A stretch of DNA of 64,000 bases, from positions 18,809-82,808 of the forward strand of contig JAFAVK010000078.1 in NCBI GenBank assembly GCA_019242475.1. Reading direction: 5' to 3'. Under the pieces are notes generated by a model, which ran no database searches, was not told where the DNA came from, and saw only the letters and a program-made list of their open reading frames with translations. Positions 45,656-52,302 of this stretch are shown piece by piece; position 1 is the stretch's first letter, and each line of letters opens with the position of its first letter. The stretch comes from Acidobacteriota bacterium. Its GTDB lineage: Bacteria; Acidobacteriota; Blastocatellia; Pyrinomonadales; Pyrinomonadaceae. The position numbers and the translations under genes are program-made.

Positions 45656-47059
45656 TCAATTGACCTCGACGGTCGCTAGGTCGTACCAGCCGTCGGCCGA
45701 CCCGCCTCGGATAGACAGCCGCACGGCCGGCAGGCGCGTGCGCGGGTCGAGCAGCGCGACACGCAGCATGTATGTGCCGGGCTTGAGTGTGTCGGGGACG
45801 AAGACCGTGCCGTCGTAGACGGCGTCACCGGGCAGCCACTTCCGCACGTCCACGGGGAGCGTCACGACCTCGCTCGCACTGGCCGAGCGGAACTGGAGTG
45901 CCACCTCGTACTCCCTGTAGGCGGGGGCGACGCCGGCGTTGAACCACCACATATGGACGGGCATCAACAGCCCGGCCCGGGCGCGCCGCGGGTACTCCGC
46001 CCGGCGCAGCACGAGGCGGTAGCCCATACGTTTCTGGAACTCCTCGAACTTCTCGCGCCACTCGGGCGGGATACTGGAAGACTTGATGTTGAGCGTGCTG
46101 ACGTGCCAGCGCAGGGCCTGCGCGAGGATGTAGTCCACGTCCCAGCCCTTCTCCTTCCAGAACTCGGGCACCCAGCAGGTCTCCAGAGAGACGGGGCTGC
46201 GCCGCCAGACCTCCTCGATCCCGGCGCGGGCGACCTGCTGCGGGTAGAAGTCGAGCATGTGCGAGAAGGTGGGGCGGTCTTTCCACTGCCGCCCCATGTC
46301 GCCCAGGCAGTCGAGCCGCCAGCCGGCCCCGCGCCCGGTGCCGTACGAGAGCGCGCGCGGCTCGTCGAAGTTCATGAGGAGCGGCGTGCGCGGGAAGGCT
46401 TCGAAGTAGATGTCTATGAGCGCGCGCTGGTGCTCGAAGGAGGGCATGTAGTCGCTCCAGCCCTCGCCCCAGTAGCCGACCGAGGAGATGTCTACGCTGT
46501 CGAGCGAGGGGTGGCCGTCGTAGCGCGCGCCGGCCGCGGCGACGAGCGCCCCCCAGTGTTTGAGGTAGAGAGGGTCGCTGAAGTCTGGCTGCCAGATGGC
46601 CCCGTCCTTGTCTGCGGGTTTATTGGCGCGGCGCGCGCCGGACTTCTGATACCACTCAGGCAGCGGGTGCTTGTCGTCGTAGGGCATGAGCCGGACGGCG
46701 AGCGTCTGGCCGTGCCGGCGCGCCTCTTCGAGCGCGGCGTCGATGATCTCCCAGCGAAACTGCCCGGGCGACGGCTCCAGTGCCGACCAGAACCAACGGC
46801 AGTAGGCGACGGAAGATGCGGGGAAGTCCGGCTTCGCGGCCGAGTCGGGACGCCGGCCGAGCGGCCCCTCCTCAGACCACTTGAGCGCCTCGTTGAGCGG
46901 CTGGCCGTTGAACCGCTGGAACGTCTCGACGCCCATGCCGGGGTTGACGAGCACCTCGTCGCTCTCCGCGGGCCTGACCACGACCGTCTCGTCCTGGGCC
47001 ATCCCGATACGGCAGAGCGCCGCCAACACGAGGACGAACGCTGCGACTTGCTTGTGCAT
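45656..47059 (-). CDS. Secreted GH-like TIM-barrel protein (DUF4832 / GH42-like)
   Basis: Start taken at MHKQVAAFVLVLAALCRIGMAQ (ATG 47059). An alternative is ATG 47104. Motifs: VNPGMGVETFQRFNG, YCRWFWSALEPSPGQFRWEIIDAALEEARRHGQTLAVRLMPYD, SVGYWGEGW. The family call is from memory. Confidence 0.6.
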   Translation of the reverse strand: MHKQVAAFVLVLAALCRIGMAQDETVVVRPAESDEVLVNPGMGVETFQRFNGQPLNEALKWSEEGPLGRRPDSAAKPDFPASSVAYCRWFWSALEPSPGQFRWEIIDAALEEARRHGQTLAVRLMPYDDKHPLPEWYQKSGARRANKPADKDGAIWQPDFSDPLYLKHWGALVAAAGARYDGHPSLDSVDISSVGYWGEGWSDYMPSFEHQRALIDIYFEAFPRTPLLMNFDEPRALSYGTGRGAGWRLDCLGDMGRQWKDRPTFSHMLDFYPQQVARAGIEEVWRRSPVSLETCWVPEFWKEKGWDVDYILAQALRWHVSTLNIKSSSIPPEWREKFEEFQKRMGYRLVLRRAEYPRRARAGLLMPVHMWWFNAGVAPAYREYEVALQFRSASASEVVTLPVDVRKWLPGDAVYDGTVFVPDTLKPGTYMLRVALLDPRTRLPAVRLSIRGGSADGWYDLATVEVN

Positions 47060-47139
47060 TCCCTTCAACGCCTCAAAGGTTATACGGACTCTTGCCCCCG
47101 CCATTCGGCGGGACTTTTCTCGACCTTGCGCCTCTCCCT

Positions 47140-48933
47140 TCAACGCGGGATGACCGGCAGGACGAGCGTGGAGGCGCGCGCCGCGTCGTGAAAGACCTTC
47201 TGCTCGGCCTTCCCCGTGCGCGACGAGACGGAGGACGGCTCGCCCGTGTTGAGGTTGCGGTCGAAGCGCGGGAAGTTGCTGCTCGACACGTAGAGGCGTA
47301 TGCGGTGGCCGGCCCTGAACAGGTTGCTCGTCGCCCAAAGGTCAACGGTGTACTTGTAGACGCGGCCGGGCACCAACTTCTCCGCGCGCGTGCTCGCGTC
47401 GCGGTAGCGCGCGCGCACGACGCCGTCGGTCAGGAAGCGCGCGTAGCCGTCCGGCGAGACGTCCACGAGCATCGCCGTGAAGTCCGTGTCGGGCGCGGAG
47501 GTTGACGCATAAAGTTCGACCGTGACGAAGCCCGTCACCTCCGTCTCCCTTTCGAGCGGCGGCGTCGAGAAGACGAGCACGTCCCGCCGCCCTTCGTTCG
47601 GGCGCTGGTCGAAGGGGCCGGGCGGGAGCGCCTGGCCGCAGCAGAGGCGCCCGCCGATGGTCGGCACCGGGTCGGCCGGGTCGTAGACGAACTCGTCGGG
47701 ACGCTCCTCGCCGGGCGCGTTCGTCGAGAGCGAGCCGTCGCCCGCGGCCGTGGCCGCGCCGCGCGAAGAGTGCAGGAAGTATTTCGTGTAGCGCGTGCGC
47801 GCGAGCGGGAACTCACGCTCCGAGCGCCAGACGTTCTCGCCCATGACGAAGAGCGAGACGGGCGGCGCCGTGGCGTACTCGTTCTGCACGCCCTTCAAGG
47901 CGTAGTCGAACCAACGGAGCGCCGTCCCCGTCATGTCGAGCACCGCGCTCTTGCCGAACGTCACGTCGCCAACCTTGCCTTCGGGCGAGGTCGGGGCGTG
48001 CGCCCACGGCCCGACGATGAGGCGCTGCCCCTCGCGCACGGCGGCCGTCGCGCCGCGCTCGCGCAGCCCCATGTAGTTTTTGATCGAGCCCTTGAGGAAC
48101 AGGTCGTGCCAACCGCCCCCGTGCAGGCCCTTGACCGTCATCTCGCCGTAGTGATCCGAGATTTTCCACTGCCGCCAGTACTCGTCGTCGCGCTCGTGGC
48201 GCAGCCAGTCCTGGAAGTACGGCGCGAGGTCGGCCGCCGCGGGGGGCTTCAGCACCGGGTAACTTTCGACCGGGAGCGCCGCGACCCAATCCTTCGGCCG
48301 GGCGGTCTCGCCGGCTTTGCGCCGGAGCGTGTCCTCGGCGAGGATCGAAGTCCACGAGCTGGCGAACCACTGCAACAGCGCGCCGCTCTGGTAAGTCCAC
48401 CCGTCGTAATATTCGGAGGCCGTCACGTAAGGGAAGATGGCGAGGAGGTGAGGCGGGTGCGCCATCGCCGCGAGCATCTGCGTGGCCCCGACGTAGGAGC
48501 CGCCGAACATCCCGACCCGCCCGTCCGCGTAGTCGAGCGCGGCGGCCCACTCGACCGTGTCGTAGCCGTCCTGACCTTCGTACTTGAACGGGTAGAACTC
48601 GCCGCCCGACTCGTACCGCCCGCGCGTGTCCTGCAAGACCACGACGTAGCCGTGCGCCGCCAGCTCGCGCGCCATCCCGGCCTCGCCCCGACGGTCGTAC
48701 GGCGTGCGTTCGACGAGCACGGGAAACTTTCCCTGCGCGCGCGGCCGGTAGATGTCCGCGACCAGCTCGACTCCGTCGCGCATCTTCACACGCACGCCGT
48801 CCTGCGTGACGACCTCGAAGAGAATCTCGTCGGCGGATGCTGCGCGGGCGGATGATTGAGCGCTCGCGTGGAAGCCCGCGCAGAGCAGGACGACGGCCGC
48901 GAGCGCCGCCTTCATGAACGTGTTCACACGCAT
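47140..48933 (-). CDS. CocE/NonD-family hydrolase (S15 X-Pro dipeptidyl-peptidase fold), secreted
   Basis: Start at MRVNTFMKAALAAVVLLCAGFHASAQ (ATG 48933). DGVELVADIYRP...FPVLVERTPYDR, the nucleophile elbow MFGGSYVGATQ, and a C-terminal jelly-roll (VTGFVTVELYASTSAPDTDFTAMLVDV...RIRLYVSSSNFPRFDRN). Confidence 0.85.
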   Translation of the reverse strand: MRVNTFMKAALAAVVLLCAGFHASAQSSARAASADEILFEVVTQDGVRVKMRDGVELVADIYRPRAQGKFPVLVERTPYDRRGEAGMARELAAHGYVVVLQDTRGRYESGGEFYPFKYEGQDGYDTVEWAAALDYADGRVGMFGGSYVGATQMLAAMAHPPHLLAIFPYVTASEYYDGWTYQSGALLQWFASSWTSILAEDTLRRKAGETARPKDWVAALPVESYPVLKPPAAADLAPYFQDWLRHERDDEYWRQWKISDHYGEMTVKGLHGGGWHDLFLKGSIKNYMGLRERGATAAVREGQRLIVGPWAHAPTSPEGKVGDVTFGKSAVLDMTGTALRWFDYALKGVQNEYATAPPVSLFVMGENVWRSEREFPLARTRYTKYFLHSSRGAATAAGDGSLSTNAPGEERPDEFVYDPADPVPTIGGRLCCGQALPPGPFDQRPNEGRRDVLVFSTPPLERETEVTGFVTVELYASTSAPDTDFTAMLVDVSPDGYARFLTDGVVRARYRDASTRAEKLVPGRVYKYTVDLWATSNLFRAGHRIRLYVSSSNFPRFDRNLNTGEPSSVSSRTGKAEQKVFHDAARASTLVLPVIPR

Positions 48934-48997
48934 CTCGCTGCCCCTCCGGGAGTCGCCGCCGGTTCCGACGGCGGATGAACACCCGCGCGTCTGTTCT

Positions 48998-50590
48998 TCA
49001 GCCCGCGGCGCGGCGCATGAAGTAGACGAGCTGGCTCGAAAACTGGAAGGCCCAGTTGAAGGCACGCGCGGGCCGGTTGACGTTGAGCTTGACGGCGAGC
49101 GGGAAGAGCCTGTCGAAGCGTGCGCGGTAACGGGCGCGCTGCCGCGGGTCGCGGCTGAAGAAGAGCCCCAACGCGAAGCTGTAGGCCATCTCGGCGTTGT
49201 GCATCTCCATGTCCGGCCCCTCGGCGCCCGGCGGCTCCTTCGGGTCGAAGGCCGCGAAGCAGTTGATGACGTAATACGCCTTCGAGCCGTCGGGCACCAT
49301 CCCGCGCCGGTCGAGGAAGTCGCACCACTTCGTCACCATCTCCGGCACGCGCCTGTCGTTCGTCAAAGTCCAGTAGTGGAAGAGCGGGTCGAGCAGCAGC
49401 GCCATCATCCACGCGGAGGTCGCGCCGTGGAAGGTCGCCTCGTTCGGGTCGTACTTCTCCCAGTCCTGCCGCAAAGAGCCGTCGGGCGGCCGCCCGTCCG
49501 GCGGCTGTCTTTGATGTTTATAATAAGCATCCGCACATTCGCGCGCCTTCTCCCAGTAGGCGCGCTCGCCCGTCATCTCCCAGCCGTGCAGGACGCCGAG
49601 CAGGCCGTAGCCCTGGTGCCGCAGCGTCCAGAAGTTGCGCCCCTTCTCCGGGTCAACGCCGAGCGCGACGGGCTTAATATTTTCAGGGCGGTAGACGGGC
49701 TCCTGGTGTTTCAGGCAGTAGCGCGCCATCGCCTTCCCCGCTTCGAGCGCGCGCTCGTCGCCCGTGAGCAGGTAGTGCACGTGCATCGCGCGCGGGTAGA
49801 CGTATTTGAGGTCTGGCCCCTTCAGCGTGAAGATGCCCGCGTCCTCGCCCTCCATCTTCGTGTGCGTGCGGACGAAGTGCGCGGCCGTGTACGCAGCTTC
49901 GAGGAACTTCCGGTCGCCCGTGCGCGCGTACATCTTGTACCAGCAGGTGGTGCGGTCGAAGAGCCACTCGTGGTAGACCTGGCTGTCGATGAAGGCGAGC
50001 GACCCCGGGAAGTTGCGCTCGACGAAGCGTTCGTACGCGGCGTACTCGCCCGACTCCGCCGCGGGCGTCTGCGGCCCGACGACCAGCGACTCGCAGAGCC
50101 ACGCCGCGGGCAGGACGGCCAGCACGCGCGGCCCCTTCAACCCTTCCCCATCAATCAGCGTCCGCGCGACGGGAACGAACTCCACGTCGCCGCGCCCCCG
50201 CGCCCTCTCGAAAACGACCCTAGCTTTCTGCTCGCGCGCGCGGCTGAAGTCGGCCCGGAACTGGACGAGCAGGGAGCGCACGCCGCCCTCGCGGCCGCCC
50301 GTCCGCCACGGCTCAAGCGAACGAATCGCCGCCCTCACCTCCGCGCCTGCCGCGTCCAGGACGCGCGCGCGTCCCGCGTCCGACAGCAGCCCCGGCGGCA
50401 GGGGCAAGCCGAAGCTCACGACCTCCTCGCGCCCAAGGTCTTCGGCGCGCCCGACGAGCGTCACCTCAACCTCGCGCGTCTTCGCGCGTGCGGCGAAAGA
50501 GCCCGACCCCAGCGCCGCGCGACCCGCCGCCAGCGCGGCAAAGCCCGACGAAAGAAAACCCCTGCGCGAGATGGAAGATTTCAACATCAC
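48998..50590 (-). CDS. Tat-exported protein of unknown function (helix-repeat, possibly alpha/alpha-toroid glycan enzyme)
   Basis: 530 aa. Twin-arginine signal (SISRRGFLSSGFAALAAG). An N-terminal roughly 170-aa region, then Trp/Tyr/His-rich helical repeats (WYKMYARTGDRKFLEAAYTAAHFV, YLLTGDERALEAGKAMARY, GWEMTGERAYWEKARECADAYY). I recognise no family motif. Confidence 0.6.
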   Translation of the reverse strand: MMLKSSISRRGFLSSGFAALAAGRAALGSGSFAARAKTREVEVTLVGRAEDLGREEVVSFGLPLPPGLLSDAGRARVLDAAGAEVRAAIRSLEPWRTGGREGGVRSLLVQFRADFSRAREQKARVVFERARGRGDVEFVPVARTLIDGEGLKGPRVLAVLPAAWLCESLVVGPQTPAAESGEYAAYERFVERNFPGSLAFIDSQVYHEWLFDRTTCWYKMYARTGDRKFLEAAYTAAHFVRTHTKMEGEDAGIFTLKGPDLKYVYPRAMHVHYLLTGDERALEAGKAMARYCLKHQEPVYRPENIKPVALGVDPEKGRNFWTLRHQGYGLLGVLHGWEMTGERAYWEKARECADAYYKHQRQPPDGRPPDGSLRQDWEKYDPNEATFHGATSAWMMALLLDPLFHYWTLTNDRRVPEMVTKWCDFLDRRGMVPDGSKAYYVINCFAAFDPKEPPGAEGPDMEMHNAEMAYSFALGLFFSRDPRQRARYRARFDRLFPLAVKLNVNRPARAFNWAFQFSSQLVYFMRRAAG

Positions 50591-50628
50591 AAACAGACCC
50601 GCAGTGACCGCGCGCCGGCGACTACGCT

Positions 50629-51837
50629 TCAGGCGCCCAGGCCCAGTAGCCGCGCGGCGTTCTCGTAATAGACCTTCTTAAGGATTGTTTCGGGCAGTCC
50701 GAGGCCGTAGATGCGCCAGCGCCCCTGCGGCGGCTTCGGCGCCGGCGCGTAGTCGAAGTACTCGTCCTCCGTCTCCAGGAAGCGGAAGTAGATTTCGTAC
50801 AGCTCCTCGCCGAAGATCTGCTGCGGCGTCTCGCGCCCTTCGGGGACGGCGTCCGTGCCGAAGAGAATCCTGTCCTGATACCTGTCGAAGAACCTGCGCG
50901 CGGCACGCGGCTGGCGGCCCAGCTCGCCGATGCGCGCGCCGATCTCGACGTGCATGTTCGGGTAGCGGTCGAGCCACTCCGAGACCCAGTTCAAGTCCTC
51001 AGCGTCGCCGACGTGCAACACGACGAACTGTGTGCGCGGGTGGCGCGCGACGACGCGGTTGCGCGCCTCATGCAACTCTCGGTTGGTCGGGTAGTCGCGG
51101 CCGTGGAACGACCAGTCCGGGTGCGCGCTCAGCTCCTCGTAGCGCTCGTTGAAACGGTCGATGGGGAGGAAGAAAGCTTCCGGGTCGGAGGTGTGGACGG
51201 CGACCGGCATCCCGCGGCCGCCCGCCTCCTCCCACATCGGGTCGAAGCGCCGGTCGTCAACCTTCACGAGCGCCCCCTCCTGCACCCGCTCGCGCAGGTA
51301 CAGCCCGAGCGTCTTCGTCAACTTCAGCCCGCGCGCCCCGACCTCCCGCGCGCGCGCGATCTGTTCCGCCTGAAACCTCGGGTAGTCGGCCTCCGCGACG
51401 CGCGTGTACCAAGGCTCGGTGAAGACCAGGAACCGCTCCGCGTCGGCCGCCCTCAAAACGCGGACGGTCTCCTCAAGGGCCTTGCCGTACCCGCCCGTCA
51501 GGTTCACCATCGCGCGCACGTTCTTCCGCGCGATCACCGGTAGCACGTCCCCGGGCTTCGCGTTGAAGTGCGGGTGCTCGGCCTCGCCGAAACGGCCCGA
51601 CCAAGACAGGTGCGTGTGGAAGTCTATCGCCGGGAAGCGCGCACGCTCGACCTTGTGCGCCGGCACGTGGAGCATGCTCTTCGGCTCGTAGTCCTCTAGC
51701 GCTAGTTTCCCCTGAGGCTGCGCGCCCGCCGCCCCGCCGCCCCCCTCACGTCGCGCGACGGGGCGGGCGACCACCGCCCGGCCCAGCCCACCCAACGCGA
51801 CGCTCGCCAGCCAACGCCTGCGACTCAGACATCCCAT
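50629..51837 (-). CDS. Exported amidohydrolase_2-type TIM-barrel metallohydrolase
   Basis: 402 aa. Arg-rich signal (MGCLSRRRWLASVALGGLG). Metal motifs IDFHTHL, VAVHT, VLHVG, FGTDA, typical of PF04909-type amidohydrolases (memory). Confidence 0.8.
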   Translation of the reverse strand: MGCLSRRRWLASVALGGLGRAVVARPVARREGGGGAAGAQPQGKLALEDYEPKSMLHVPAHKVERARFPAIDFHTHLSWSGRFGEAEHPHFNAKPGDVLPVIARKNVRAMVNLTGGYGKALEETVRVLRAADAERFLVFTEPWYTRVAEADYPRFQAEQIARAREVGARGLKLTKTLGLYLRERVQEGALVKVDDRRFDPMWEEAGGRGMPVAVHTSDPEAFFLPIDRFNERYEELSAHPDWSFHGRDYPTNRELHEARNRVVARHPRTQFVVLHVGDAEDLNWVSEWLDRYPNMHVEIGARIGELGRQPRAARRFFDRYQDRILFGTDAVPEGRETPQQIFGEELYEIYFRFLETEDEYFDYAPAPKPPQGRWRIYGLGLPETILKKVYYENAARLLGLGA

Positions 51838-51907
51838 CGCGTTTAGCCCCCCTGTGGAGATTGGTTGAAGGCCATGCCATTTTGGACGACCATGAGCTTA
51901 TTTACAC

Positions 51908-51928
51908 TTAGTTTATGCCTCACACTAA
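51908..51928. promoter_or_regulatory. Second TTAGT-N11-ACTAA palindrome, candidate ROK-repressor operator
   Basis: TTAGTTtatgcctcacACTAA with perfect 5+5 arms (11 of 12 for the hexamers), about 71 nt upstream of the start codon at 51837. It has the same 21-bp span as 45461..45481. Confidence 0.4.
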
Positions 51929-52048
51929 CCGTCTGGCTGCCTTCGTGATTAAAGGCGAGCCTTGCAAACTTCGGGATGAGGGGGCATTTCCTCGGGCGAA
52001 CTTTCGTTGGGCACTCAGAGAGCCGCTACAGAACTCCACGGCGCGGGG

Positions 52049-52078
52049 GTTATACCATTCTGCGCGGACAGATTTCAA
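52049..52078 (-). promoter_or_regulatory. Extended -10 promoter candidate for the 4-gene minus-strand unit
   Basis: The minus strand reads TTGAAA (52078..52073), 18 nt, TGgTATAAC (52057..52049). Confidence 0.4.
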
Positions 52079-52127
52079 TAACATTCCTTTAAGTTTTATT
52101 ATTTTCCCGTCGGTCGTGCTTTTCTCC

Positions 52128-52157
52128 TTGTTTGAAATTAATCGTTGATGGTATAAG
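52128..52157 (+). promoter_or_regulatory. Extended -10 promoter candidate for Locus C
   Basis: TTGTTT (52128..52133), 18 nt, TGgTATAAG (52149..52157). It lies back-to-back with the minus-strand promoter candidate and about 145 nt upstream of the TTG start at 52303. Confidence 0.4.
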
Positions 52158-52181
52158 TGCGGGCCTGCACCCCGCGAGTAT

Positions 52182-52214
52182 GCAGACTCATTGAATTGTT
52201 CACAAAGAGTCTGC
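52182..52214 (+). promoter_or_regulatory. Perfect 8-bp stem-loop in the Locus C leader
   Basis: GCAGACTC (52182..52189), 17-nt AT-rich loop, GAGTCTGC (52207..52214). The 5' arm can alternatively pair TGCAG (52181..52185) with CTGCA (52165..52169). Confidence 0.4.
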
Positions 52215-52302
52215 CGGTCGCGTGTTTGTTGCCGGCCTCAACTAACCATTCAGGATAGACACATAAGCTAGTTGCCGGAGTTCGCCGTTGAGCTAATAGA
52301 TT

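Noticed and set aside
47060-47146. A 12-nt direct repeat TCCCTTCAACGC (47060..47071 and 47135..47146). One copy spans the CocE/NonD stop and the other abuts the DUF4832 start. A small CCCGCC-ATTC-GGCGGG hairpin (47097..47112) lies between them.
   Set aside because: There are only two short copies inside one 80-nt spacer. On the coding strand both read GCGTTGAAGGGA, so the copy at the DUF4832 start probably just provides a ribosome-binding site. This is not enough for a repeat element, attachment site or CRISPR-like structure.
48956-48974. A 6-bp hairpin CCGCCG-gttccga-CGGCGG between the Tat-protein gene and the CocE/NonD gene.
   Set aside because: The stem is short and of a kind expected by chance in DNA this GC-rich. 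It has no U-tract and no second copy, so I do not report it as a feature.
51915-52148. A 77-aa ORF inside the AT-rich divergent intergenic region.
   Set aside because: Its composition and codon usage are unlike every confident gene here. It has no Shine-Dalgarno sequence, and it spans the promoter and operator candidates. It is more plausibly non-coding regulatory DNA.
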